Assembly (NCBI GenBank): GCA_965200245.1
Contig: CBDATS010000004.1
Span: 1,476,791-1,540,790, forward strand
Direction of reading: 5' to 3'
Origin: a bacterium
Lineage (GTDB): Bacteria; UBA8248
Length of the DNA: 64,000 bases
The notes under the pieces were generated by a model. That model had not been told where the DNA came from. It did not search any database and worked only from the letters and a program-made list of their open reading frames with translations. Positions 21,554-31,260 of this stretch are shown one piece after another. Position 1 is the first letter of the stretch; each line of letters begins with the position of its first letter. A program made the translations under genes and the position numbers.

Positions 21554-22858
21554 TTATCTGGACATTGGCGACCAGGCGGGTTCCTGTCCGGGTTGAAGTC
21601 GCTTGAGTTGCGTGCCGGCGGAGGTCATCACATACACATATTTCCTGCCACTCCTGTCCGAGGAGAAGGTGATATGCCGGCCATCCGGAGACCAGGTGGG
21701 CGATTCGTTGCGCCCCTGACTGCCGGTGAGGCGACGCATGTCCCTGCCGTCGATGTTCATGGTGACGATATCTATTTCCTTGCCTTTCTTGATGCGGCTT
21801 GTCAGAGCGATTCTGTCCCCCCGGGGACTCCACTCGGGTTCGGTATTGTATTTTCCGCTGAACGTGATTCGTTTCGGGCTGGAGCCGTCCGAGTTCATGA
21901 CGTAGATGTGGGGATTCCCTGAACGGCTCGAGGTGAAGGCGATTTTCTTGCCGTCCGGCGAGAAGGTGGGAGATACGTCGATGCCGAAACTTCTCGTGAT
22001 CCTCCTCTTCACGCGAGTGCGCAGGTCGTAGCGGAAAATCTCGTAGTTTCGCCTTACGAGTTCGGCGAAAGCGAAGTATCGCGAATCTGGAGAAAAAGCA
22101 CCTCCGACGGCCTGTGCGCGGGAAGAACTCACCTTGAACTCGCGTGCGCCGTTTGTTGGCAGAAGGAAAACGCCGGGGGGGGTGGACTTGAACGATGAAT
22201 ATGCTATCCATCTCCCGTCCGGAGACCACGCGGGCGCATTGTTTCCCATGCCGTTGCGCGTTACCCGCCTGAGTTCTGCGCCGTCCCAGTCCATGATGTA
22301 TATCTTTCCGCGATCCTTGAGCGAACGTCTTGATACGAATGCGATCTGGGTGTCGAACACCCCCTTCTCGCCAGTGTAACGTTCGATCACCGCGTTGGCG
22401 AAACGGTGGGCCAGCAAGCGCCATCCGCTTTTGGGATAACGGTACCGCTTGCCCAGTTCCTGTGCGGAGCGAAGTGTATCGTAGAGATAAACTTCCGCCG
22501 TGATGGTGTTTTCCGAAATGATGTAGCCGCCCTTGATGAGGGCCTCCACCTTGACCACCTTGCTCCATTGGGAGAAGCGCTGTTCGTCCCTTCGAATCCC
22601 GGTGCGCAGGGGATTCTCCAGATAACCCTTGCGGTCGGGAATGAAGAACAGGCCGCTGCGTTTGAGATCTGATTCGATGACCTGCGCGATCTTGAGTCCC
22701 AGCGGGTCACGCGCTCCTCTAAGGGGGCGAAACTCGGGTGCCGCCAACCGTATCTTTTTGGCGGTCGGGGAGTAGATGTCGATGAACACGCGCTGGGCAT
22801 CCGCGGCTTGCGGGCAGGAGAACAACATGGTGATGAGGAATATCGCCCATCCGATCAT
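21554..22858 (-). CDS. tolB: TolB beta-propeller periplasmic protein
   Basis: Signal peptide, AHRFAN, FDTQIAFVS and repeated PD40 (WSPDG) motifs; start after GGGAGG. Confidence 0.95.
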   Translation of the reverse strand: MIGWAIFLITMLFSCPQAADAQRVFIDIYSPTAKKIRLAAPEFRPLRGARDPLGLKIAQVIESDLKRSGLFFIPDRKGYLENPLRTGIRRDEQRFSQWSKVVKVEALIKGGYIISENTITAEVYLYDTLRSAQELGKRYRYPKSGWRLLAHRFANAVIERYTGEKGVFDTQIAFVSRRSLKDRGKIYIMDWDGAELRRVTRNGMGNNAPAWSPDGRWIAYSSFKSTPPGVFLLPTNGAREFKVSSSRAQAVGGAFSPDSRYFAFAELVRRNYEIFRYDLRTRVKRRITRSFGIDVSPTFSPDGKKIAFTSSRSGNPHIYVMNSDGSSPKRITFSGKYNTEPEWSPRGDRIALTSRIKKGKEIDIVTMNIDGRDMRRLTGSQGRNESPTWSPDGRHITFSSDRSGRKYVYVMTSAGTQLKRLQPGQEPAWSPMSR

Positions 22859-22902
22859 ACGAACCTCCCGCTTGTCTGATTCGCTTTGAATTTTTTTTCG
22901 CA

Positions 22903-23961
22903 TCAACGGCAAAAATCCTTTCCGCAGAACCGGAAACCGAGCAAAAGCCAGTTTTCCTTTATCGTGACGGGCGGCTTGGGGAGGGAAGGCTCGGCGGCCC
23001 GCTCCACGGCGCGAAGCGCCGCTTGATCGTAAGTATGATTTCCGCTGTAGCGCACGATCCGCAAATTACGGCAATTTCCTTGCCGATCCACGTCAATCGT
23101 GATGTCGGTCTTGAGGCGACTCAAATCGGCGGTGCCTGGCGGTACCGTCCAGAAACCCCGAATGCGCTCGGCCAGAAGCCCGTAATATCGCTCCGCATCC
23201 GTTCGCGCCACACCGCCTGTGCCGCCCGCGCGACTACCGCCCCCTTGGCCGTCGCCTCCCCCCTCGCCTGCATATCCTTTCAAGGGTGCGCGGGCCTTGG
23301 GCGCCAGATCGGCTTTCGCCAGGCGATCATCGCTCTTCCGGTTGTCGCGCGGGCGCTTTTCGTTCGGAGTCGGTTTCTTCTTTGCATCTTTCTTGAAACG
23401 CTCGCGCCAGCGTTTTGCGCGCGCGCGGCGCTCCTGTATCCGTTTGAGACGCGCCTCGCGAACGCGGTCGAGCTTTTTCTTCCGAACTGTTCTTTTGCTT
23501 TTCTTGTTCTTGTCTGTCTTGATGCGTCGCACTTCCTTGCGAGGTTTTTTCTTCTTGACGATCTTTTTCTTTTTGACCTTGACGGGTGCGGATTTCTTCT
23601 CGGGCGCCGCTATCTTTCTCGTTCCCTCGTCCGGCCCTTTTCGGGGAACGGGTGCCTTCATATCTTCAGGCCGATCGCCGGATTTCCCCCGTGCCGAACC
23701 GCCCGGTATCTCATTTGCACCCACCAGGCTGACGGCCGTTCCACCTCCGAAAAACCTGTATTGCGGCTGAGAGGGAGCCAGGTTCACCCAGACGAAGAGC
23801 GAAACGTGCAAAACGACCGAAGCTGCCAACGCCCTGAGGAAGCGGCGATCGCGAAGCAGACCACTGCCTTTTCCGTTCGCGTTCCGAAGAATTCCGCCCG
23901 TGCGGGCCGATTTCGTTCCTGATGAATTGGAATCTTGAGAAAACGGAGATTTGTTATTCAT
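22903..23961 (-). CDS. tolA: TolA/TonB-C protein
   Basis: N-terminal TM with SVVLH, Lys/Arg-rich linker, C-terminal domain (IRGFWTVP, SGNHTYDQAALRAV); lies between tolR and tolB. Confidence 0.8.
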   Translation of the reverse strand: MNNKSPFSQDSNSSGTKSARTGGILRNANGKGSGLLRDRRFLRALAASVVLHVSLFVWVNLAPSQPQYRFFGGGTAVSLVGANEIPGGSARGKSGDRPEDMKAPVPRKGPDEGTRKIAAPEKKSAPVKVKKKKIVKKKKPRKEVRRIKTDKNKKSKRTVRKKKLDRVREARLKRIQERRARAKRWRERFKKDAKKKPTPNEKRPRDNRKSDDRLAKADLAPKARAPLKGYAGEGGGDGQGGGSRAGGTGGVARTDAERYYGLLAERIRGFWTVPPGTADLSRLKTDITIDVDRQGNCRNLRIVRYSGNHTYDQAALRAVERAAEPSLPKPPVTIKENWLLLGFRFCGKDFCR

Positions 23962-23976
23962 GATATCACTGACTTC

Positions 23977-24417
23977 TCAGCGTCTGCGCCGCCCGCCCCG
24001 AGAGGATTCCAGGGGGTCGGTCACCATGTTAAGGCGGTTTATGCCCGCTGCGCGAATGATGGCCATGACTTCCACCACTTCACCGTAGGGAACCGCGCGA
24101 TCCGCTCTGAGAAAGATTTCCTTGCGTTGCCTGTTTTTGAAGAGCGCCGTGAGCTTCTCCTTGAGTTCGGAAGCAGCTAGTAGATTATCATTTATATACA
24201 TGTCCCGTTTTTTGTCCAACGTGATGATGACGGCGTCCTCGGCCACGCTCGCCTTTGCTGCCTGTACCTGCGGCAAATCCACGTTCACAGCTTGGTTCTG
24301 GGTTTCTAGCAGGGGTGCCGTGACCATGAAAATCACCAGCAACACCAACATCACGTCCACGAGGGGGGTGACGTTGATGTCCGAGATGCTCGAACCCCGG
24401 TTCAGTTTAACGGCCAT
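23977..24417 (-). CDS. tolR: TolR
   Basis: DINVTPLVDVMLVLLVIFMVTAP and LRADRAVPYGEVV. Confidence 0.95.
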   Translation of the reverse strand: MAVKLNRGSSISDINVTPLVDVMLVLLVIFMVTAPLLETQNQAVNVDLPQVQAAKASVAEDAVIITLDKKRDMYINDNLLAASELKEKLTALFKNRQRKEIFLRADRAVPYGEVVEVMAIIRAAGINRLNMVTDPLESSRGGRRRR

Positions 24418-24439
24418 GGCAGAATCCGCTTGTCATACG

Positions 24440-25207
24440 TCATAAACGCATAAAATGGCGGCCGACCAAGTTGAGGAAGTCCGCCGTAAAGATTTCGATT
24501 TCATCCGCGATCACCTTCACGCGACTCTGGAAGTGGTTGTAGGCGATTACGGCGGGGATGGCGGCCAAAAGTCCGAGCGCCGTTGCGATGAGCGCTTCGC
24601 TGATACCCGGGGCAACGACGGCGAGTCCGGCAGAGCCCCTCGCTCCGATTTCGCGGAACGAATTCATGATGCCCCACACCGTGCCGAACAAACCGATGAA
24701 CGGCGTGGCACTCGCCGTGGTTGCAAGGAAGGTCAGCATACGCTCAAGCCGGCCCACCTGTTCGTTCGCCGCACGCCTCAGCGCGCGCTCGACGCTCTCC
24801 ACTCCCGTCATTTCCGAGGTGAGAACGTTCGAATCCGCCTCCCCGTCACGGGCGCGCGTTTTCAGCACCTGTTCGGCTTCCTGATAACCCGCGGCGAACA
24901 CATCTCCCACCGGGCTGCCCTCGTGCTCGGCGAGTTCCCCATAGAGTCTGTCGAGGCGCTTGGAGCGCCAGAACGCATCGACGAACGACGCCGAGCGACG
25001 CCTCGCTCCTCGAAGCTCCCAGAATTTCCAGATGATGATGGCCCATGAAGAGAGCGAGAAGAAAACGAGCACCAGCAGAACGAAAAAAACCATGCCGCCC
25101 GATTGGGTGGCGAGGGTAATGATGTCCATTTCTTCTTGTGCTTGAAGCGGCGCGAGCGGCGCAGTTTCACCCGTAGGTGTGGCGGCCGCAGCCAAAATCG
25201 GGAGCAA
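24440..25207 (-). CDS. tolQ: TolQ
   Basis: FLATTASATPFIGLFGTVWGIM and VAPGISEALIATALGL. Confidence 0.95.
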   Translation of the reverse strand: MLPILAAAATPTGETAPLAPLQAQEEMDIITLATQSGGMVFFVLLVLVFFSLSSWAIIIWKFWELRGARRRSASFVDAFWRSKRLDRLYGELAEHEGSPVGDVFAAGYQEAEQVLKTRARDGEADSNVLTSEMTGVESVERALRRAANEQVGRLERMLTFLATTASATPFIGLFGTVWGIMNSFREIGARGSAGLAVVAPGISEALIATALGLLAAIPAVIAYNHFQSRVKVIADEIEIFTADFLNLVGRHFMRL

Positions 25208-25353
25208 GACGGTTCTCCTTGCGGGCGGGATCTACAGTATCGCCCTTTCCTTGGTTTCCGTCAATCCAAAAAGGTCCGGTGCAAATCATTGACATCACCT
25301 TGAAAGGCCGGTGATAATGAGTCTCCCGCCCGCCCCTGGAGGCGTAGTCCGCA

Positions 25354-26538
25354 GTGGACGTTCATGAGGTCAAAGCCGCCATATCGAAGTTGATCGACGA
25401 TGAGGCGGACGCGCTTTGGGTGCTCTCTCTGGAGATTCACAGGGATCCGGAACTGAGCCTCGATGAACACCGCGCGGCAGAACGTCTGTGTACCTACCTG
25501 GAGAGCAACGGTTTCGACCTCATGCGGGGTTTGGCGAACCTGCCCACCGCGTTTCGCGCGCAACGGCCCGCCGCGGACAGTGAAAAACCATCCGTATCGT
25601 TTCTTTCTGAATACGACGCGCTGCCCGGCCTCGGGCACGCCTGCGGGCACAACATTATCGGGGTGGCCAGCGCGGCAGCGGGCGTCGCGCTCAAGCAGGT
25701 GCTCGGCCCCGAATATGGTGGCGTCACCGTTTTTGGCACGCCCGGAGAAGAAGGCGGGGGTGGCAAGGCCCTGATGGTGCAAGCCGGCTTGTTCCGGGAA
25801 GTGGACGCGGCGATGATGGTGCACCCATCGGGCGAGACCAGGGTAAACGTCGATTTTCTGGCGCTCTCGGAACTTCGCTTCCGTTTCAGGGGACGTGCCG
25901 CCCACGCCGCAGCCGCGCCCGAACAGGGTATCAACGCGCTCGACGCTCTTGTCGCTACGTTCAACGCCGTCTCGCTGCTTCGCCAGCAACTGTCCCGGGG
26001 GGATCGCGTGCACGGCGTCATCACCGATGGCGGGGAGGTACCCAACATCATCCCCGAGAAAGCAGCCGCGTGGTTTTTCGTGAGGAGCGAAACCATGGAG
26101 GGGCTCGATGCGCTGCTTGCGCGGGTCATCGCCTGTGCGGAAGGGGCGGCACTTGCCACCGGGGCGGAACTCGATACGGAGAAAAATCCCATCACCTACG
26201 CCCCTATGCGGGTCAACCATCCCCTGGCGGCGCTGTTCCTCAAGAACCTGAACAGGATCGGTGTTCACGAACCGGATTTGGCTCCGCCCCTGCGGATGGG
26301 ATCGTCCGACGTGGGAAACGTGAGCCAGCAAACACCCACCATTCATCCGCAAATCCAGATGGTTCCCGCAGATGTTTCCGCACATACGCCCGAGTTCGCC
26401 CAGGCATCGGCGGGAGCGGAGGGCCGGCGTGTTCTGCTCGCCGGAGCCAAGGCGCTCGCAATGACGGGGGCGGACTTTCTTCTAGATGAGGGGGCGCGCA
26501 AGGCCGTTCAGGCTGAATTCGAGCACCGGGGGGGATGA
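25354..26538 (+). CDS. M20D amidohydrolase (ACY1L2/AbgB-like)
   Basis: EYDALPGLGHACGHNII, GTPGEEGGGGK, GSSDVGNVS and HT. Confidence 0.9.
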   Translation: MDVHEVKAAISKLIDDEADALWVLSLEIHRDPELSLDEHRAAERLCTYLESNGFDLMRGLANLPTAFRAQRPAADSEKPSVSFLSEYDALPGLGHACGHNIIGVASAAAGVALKQVLGPEYGGVTVFGTPGEEGGGGKALMVQAGLFREVDAAMMVHPSGETRVNVDFLALSELRFRFRGRAAHAAAAPEQGINALDALVATFNAVSLLRQQLSRGDRVHGVITDGGEVPNIIPEKAAAWFFVRSETMEGLDALLARVIACAEGAALATGAELDTEKNPITYAPMRVNHPLAALFLKNLNRIGVHEPDLAPPLRMGSSDVGNVSQQTPTIHPQIQMVPADVSAHTPEFAQASAGAEGRRVLLAGAKALAMTGADFLLDEGARKAVQAEFEHRGG

Positions 26539-28784
26539 AAATCCATAAACATATAATCGACACGAAACCACGATCCTGCATTGTCGCCTTGCTCGGTTTG
26601 TTTCTGCTCCCGACACTCGTATTTGCTGCAGAAAAAGAAAGTTCTGTGCACACGGCGAAATCATCGCACAAAACAGAAGCCGTGCGTCCGAGCCTGCCCG
26701 CAAAAATCGAGAAACTCCTGGCCAGGAAGCGATACGGGGAACTCATCCGATCGCTGCGCCGGGAGAAAACGCTCCTTGGAGACAGGCGTTTTTTTCTGCT
26801 GGGCCACGCCCACCTGAAACTCAAGCAGTTTCGTCCGGCGGTCAAAGCGTTCCAAAAAGCGCTCAAGGAAACGCCCGCGCTCGAGAACTATTCGCTCCTG
26901 TTTCTGGCGAAAGCCGCAATCGGAGCAAAGGATAATGCCACCGCCCGGCGCGCGCTCGAAAAACTCGTCAAAAAAGGAAAAAAAGCGCCCGAACCTTCTT
27001 TCGTCTATGAAGAGCTGATACGTATACACCGAGCGGAAAAGCAGCCCCTGCGCGGGGCGAAGGTCGCCAAGCGCTACCTTCTCCTGTTCCCGAAAAGCTA
27101 CGAGGCACCCGATTTTCTACTCAGGCGCGCCGAGGCGCTTCGCGCCGCAAAGCGGAACAGAAATGCTGCGCTCGCCTTCCGGGAATTGTGGCGGCGTCAT
27201 CCCGAACATCCCTATGCGCGGCGGGCGTTAAGACGTTCACTCAAACTCGGAGCCACTCTCTCGCCTCCGCTCAGGAAACCGGGACCCAAAGCCTACTTTG
27301 AACGTGCCCGACTCCTGAGAAAGCGCTATCACTTCGAAAAGGCACTGAGAGGCTTCGGGGATCTGAAGCGCCTGTTTCCCAAGGCCCCCTACCACAGGAA
27401 CATCGTCTTCAACGAGGCGCTCGCGCTGTTTTCCCTGCGGAAAACGAAACAGGCGGATCCTGCGCTCAGACATGCTATCCGTCACTTCGCCCCCGGTGAC
27501 CCACAGCGTGCGGAGGCGCGGTATTTCCTAGCCAGAAATCATCTGCGCAAAGGAAACCAGCCAGCTTTCGAGAAACAGGCACGCCTACTGCTCAAGGAGA
27601 AGAAAAAAGGAAAATGGGCGGCGAAGACGCGCTTCCTGCTCGCCCGCGTATTCGAGGACGATCGCGATTACAAAAAGTCCGCGCGCTATTTCCAGGAGGT
27701 GATCGTCAACCACCCGCGCTCGTCCCTCGCACCCAAGGCGCTCTTCCAACTCGCATGGATTCGCTTTCAATCCAGAGACTATCGGGGGGCGCACCGGGGA
27801 TTCTCCCGGATGAAGACTACCTACCCCGATCACTGGCTGGTCTCCTCCGCCCTCTACTGGGCCGCCGCAGCGGCGGAAAGGACAGGGGACAGGAAGAAAG
27901 CGCTCGCCCACTACCGCGCTTGCGCCAGGGAACACCGTCACCGCTATTATGGACAACTCTCCCTGCGGGCCATCGATCGCCTCGCGCGCGCGGGAGGTTC
28001 GGACACGCCGAAACCGCCTCCTTTGGGTGAGGTCGGCTACCGCAAATGGCTGCGACCTCCGGCGAAGAGCGCTCCTGTTCGAGAGGCGGCCGCGCTGCTC
28101 ACCTCCATGGGGTTTCATGAACTCGCTGCCGAGGAGTATCGCCGCCTCGGCGCATCGCCCTATTCGCGCTACCACGCGGCGCACGCATTCACGATGGCGG
28201 GCCAGAGCCACCGCGCCATCTACCTCGTCAACAAGTCCTTCTGGAACGCGGTGCGCGCGGGCGGAAGCGATTTGCCGGAAGAGTTCTGGAAGATCGTCTA
28301 TCCTATCATTGTCAAACGCAGGGAACCCGGAGGGGCGGACCCCTACCTGGTGAACGCCATCATCAGGGCGGAGAGTTCCTTCGACCCGCGTGCGTTCTCT
28401 CCTGCCGGCGCGATGGGACTGATGCAGCTCATGCCCGCTACAGGACGCAGACTCGCGAGAAAACACAAAATTCGAATCAAGTCCACGAACGATTTCTTCG
28501 ATCCCAGGATAAACACCCGGCTGGGTGCGAGGTATTTGGGCGCGCTCATCCGCGATTTCGGCGGCGCACTCGTTCCTGCGATAGCGAGCTACAACGCGGG
28601 CCGCAGACCCGTCAAAAGATGGTGGGCAGCCGGACGCAGCAAGCCCATCGAAATCTTCATCGAAGAGATCCCTTACCAGGAAACGAAAAACTACGTGAAA
28701 AGGGTGTTGGGCTATTACCACGAATACAAGAGAATCTACGGGAAGCCGAAACGTTCGAAGCGGGGGGAAGCGTCTCCATCATGA
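26535..28784 (+). CDS. slt: Soluble lytic transglycosylase with TPR repeats
   Basis: Signal peptide, long TPR region, SLT domain (AIIRAES, GAMGLMQLMP, ASYNAG, ETKNYVKRV). Confidence 0.9.
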   Translation: MKIHKHIIDTKPRSCIVALLGLFLLPTLVFAAEKESSVHTAKSSHKTEAVRPSLPAKIEKLLARKRYGELIRSLRREKTLLGDRRFFLLGHAHLKLKQFRPAVKAFQKALKETPALENYSLLFLAKAAIGAKDNATARRALEKLVKKGKKAPEPSFVYEELIRIHRAEKQPLRGAKVAKRYLLLFPKSYEAPDFLLRRAEALRAAKRNRNAALAFRELWRRHPEHPYARRALRRSLKLGATLSPPLRKPGPKAYFERARLLRKRYHFEKALRGFGDLKRLFPKAPYHRNIVFNEALALFSLRKTKQADPALRHAIRHFAPGDPQRAEARYFLARNHLRKGNQPAFEKQARLLLKEKKKGKWAAKTRFLLARVFEDDRDYKKSARYFQEVIVNHPRSSLAPKALFQLAWIRFQSRDYRGAHRGFSRMKTTYPDHWLVSSALYWAAAAAERTGDRKKALAHYRACAREHRHRYYGQLSLRAIDRLARAGGSDTPKPPPLGEVGYRKWLRPPAKSAPVREAAALLTSMGFHELAAEEYRRLGASPYSRYHAAHAFTMAGQSHRAIYLVNKSFWNAVRAGGSDLPEEFWKIVYPIIVKRREPGGADPYLVNAIIRAESSFDPRAFSPAGAMGLMQLMPATGRRLARKHKIRIKSTNDFFDPRINTRLGARYLGALIRDFGGALVPAIASYNAGRRPVKRWWAAGRSKPIEIFIEEIPYQETKNYVKRVLGYYHEYKRIYGKPKRSKRGEASPS

Positions 28785-29992
28785 GCAACCCCCTCCCTCT
28801 TTTGGCCATCGGTCTCATGTCGGGAACTTCCGCCGATGGCGTGGACGCCACCTTGGTCCGGATTTGCCCGGGCGAGCGGGTGCAAGTCGAAACGCTTGGT
28901 TTTCACGCCGCTCCCTACCCGGAGAATCTTGATGAACGACTTCTTCTCGCCGCAGGCGGGGAGGGCGCACGAACTGAGGAAATATGCTCGCTGCGCAGGG
29001 AGGTGGGAGAAGTCTTCGCCGAAGCCGCGCTCGAAGTGGCCGCGCAAACCGGAACCGGACTACAGGAAATCGACTTTATCGGCAGCCATGGCCAGACGGT
29101 GCGCCATCTTCCGGAAGGCATGGAGGAGGTGCGCGGACCGCTGCTTCCGTCCACCTTCCAGATAGGCGACCCCGCCTTCATCACACAGCGCACGGGAATT
29201 ACATGCGTGAGCGATTTTCGCTCGCGAGACGTGGCCGCGGGCGGCACAGGCGCTCCCCTGACTCCCTGGGCACACCGGATTCTCTTCAGTCGTGAGAACG
29301 CCGCGAGCGCCTTCTTGAACTTGGGTGGCATCTCGAACGTCACCTATCTCCCCCCGGCGGGCGAGGAAGGGGTTTTCGGTTTCGATTGCGGTCCTGCGAA
29401 CATGCCGCTCGACGCCCTCGCGCGGCGTATAACGAACGGGGAGAAAACTTGCGACGTGAACGGTGATCTGGCAGCGGCGGGCTGCGTATGTCCGGAAACC
29501 CTGGCCGAATTACGTGGTCATCCATACCTTGAGCGAAAACCGCCGAAAAGCACGGGCAGGGAAACGTTCGGCGAGGCGTTCGTGGAAAAGGCCATCGACC
29601 GCATAACCGCGCATGGAGGCGGCACGAAAGACGCCCTCGCTACGCTCACCGCCTTTTCCGCTGCTTGCGTGGCGGATGCGATTCGGGATTTCTTTCCGAA
29701 ACGTCCGCCGCAAGAGGTGGTGGCCGCAGGAGGCGGCGTCCACAACAAGACCTTGATGCGTTATCTGTGCGCTGCCCTGGGCGATCTCCCGCTCCTTGCA
29801 AGCGACGAGCGGGGCGTCTCGCCCGATGCGGTGGAAGCCGTCTGTTTCGCGTTACTTGCATGGGGCACGCTCTCAGGGCAGGCGAACAACCTGCCGGGCG
29901 TCACGGGCGCGAAAGAGGAGGTATGCCTCGGCAACATTACGCCGGGTCGGAATTTTACCTCGCTGATGCGGCGCTTTCTCTGTACCGTTTGA
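28781..29992 (+). CDS. anmK: Anhydro-N-acetylmuramic acid kinase
   Basis: IGLMSGTSADGVD, IGSHGQT, DFRSRDVAAGGTGAPL, NLGGISN, DCGPAN and PPKSTGRE; overlaps the slt stop. Confidence 0.95.
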   Translation: MSNPLPLLAIGLMSGTSADGVDATLVRICPGERVQVETLGFHAAPYPENLDERLLLAAGGEGARTEEICSLRREVGEVFAEAALEVAAQTGTGLQEIDFIGSHGQTVRHLPEGMEEVRGPLLPSTFQIGDPAFITQRTGITCVSDFRSRDVAAGGTGAPLTPWAHRILFSRENAASAFLNLGGISNVTYLPPAGEEGVFGFDCGPANMPLDALARRITNGEKTCDVNGDLAAAGCVCPETLAELRGHPYLERKPPKSTGRETFGEAFVEKAIDRITAHGGGTKDALATLTAFSAACVADAIRDFFPKRPPQEVVAAGGGVHNKTLMRYLCAALGDLPLLASDERGVSPDAVEAVCFALLAWGTLSGQANNLPGVTGAKEEVCLGNITPGRNFTSLMRRFLCTV

Positions 29993-30063
29993 GACAGCAC
30001 GTACACAGGCGGCCCGGAATGCGGCATCATGCTCTCTCGTTCTCAATCTTCAGGAGATGACAA

Positions 30064-31251
30064 GTGGATGCGGCCATCGAGACGCAAACCGTCTCGCTTA
30101 CCAGGGAACTGATAGCGATTCCCAGCGAAAATCCCACGGGCGACGAGTTCGCCATGGCGGATCGGATGGAGACGTTCTTTCGGGACATCGGCCTGGACGT
30201 CACACGGGAGCGCGTCGCCGAGAGGCGCGAGAACGTGACAGCGGAGCTCACCGGCTCGGGGCGCGGTCCCGCTCTCGTCTTTCTCAATCACATGGATACC
30301 GTGCCTGCGGGCGAGGGCTGGACGCGCGAACCGTTCCTGGCCGCCTGTGCAGACGGGAAGATATGGGGCCGGGGAAGCTGCGACATGAAAGGCGGTATTT
30401 CCGCCACCCTTGCGGCGATCAGGAGCCTGAAAAAACGAATCGACTCTGGTGCCAGGGCGCAACGCACGGTGCGCTGCTGCATGGTGGTGGATGAGGAAAG
30501 TGGCCGCATGAGTGGCACGGAAGCGGCCATCACGAACGGTCACATTGACGCCGAGGACATCGTGATCTCCTGTGAGCCGACCGAACTCGCACTGGTGACG
30601 GCGCAGAAAGGCGCAATGTGGTTCGAACTCATTTTCCTTGGAAAGAGCGCCCACGCCGCGGCACCCCACATGGGCGCGGACGCGATTCACGCCGCATCCC
30701 TTGTTGTGGCGGCACTCCAGGAAGCGGTGACGCAGCTTCCCCACGAAGACCCGTTGCTGGGGAAATGCACCTTGGTCGCGAGCATGATCGAGGGAGGTCA
30801 CAAGACCAACGTGGTTTCAGAGAGATGCACGATGCAGATAGACTCGCGCTTTGTCCCTCCCCTGCTGACGGCAGATGTCGAGCGGATCATTCATGAGAAA
30901 GCGGTCGAGGCCTGCACCCGGGTGAGCGGGGTGACATTCTCGCTGCGTGCCACTATTGCGGATCGGCCGCCCGTGACGGCGGATACCGACGGCGCGGGGG
31001 TAAGGCTCATTCAGGAGACGCTGGAGGAAGTCCTGGGAGCGAGATCCGAGCCGGCTGGTGTGAGCTATTATTCGGACGCCGGGATGGCTGCGGCCCAGAC
31101 CGGAAGCCGGAACTGTTTTCTGTTGGGTCCCGGCAACATCGAGCAGGCTCATGCGCCCGATGAGTTCATCGAGGTCGACTCGCTCAAGAAAGCCGCCCGC
31201 GTCTATGGGAGGCTGATCGAGAAATTCGCGCTGGGTGAAGATTCGACGTAA
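30064..31251 (+). CDS. M20A ArgE/DapE-family deacylase
   Basis: NHMDTVP, WGRGSCDMKGG, DEE, CEPT and AHAPDE. Confidence 0.9.
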   Translation: MDAAIETQTVSLTRELIAIPSENPTGDEFAMADRMETFFRDIGLDVTRERVAERRENVTAELTGSGRGPALVFLNHMDTVPAGEGWTREPFLAACADGKIWGRGSCDMKGGISATLAAIRSLKKRIDSGARAQRTVRCCMVVDEESGRMSGTEAAITNGHIDAEDIVISCEPTELALVTAQKGAMWFELIFLGKSAHAAAPHMGADAIHAASLVVAALQEAVTQLPHEDPLLGKCTLVASMIEGGHKTNVVSERCTMQIDSRFVPPLLTADVERIIHEKAVEACTRVSGVTFSLRATIADRPPVTADTDGAGVRLIQETLEEVLGARSEPAGVSYYSDAGMAAAQTGSRNCFLLGPGNIEQAHAPDEFIEVDSLKKAARVYGRLIEKFALGEDST

Positions 31252-31260
31252 AGGCAGACG

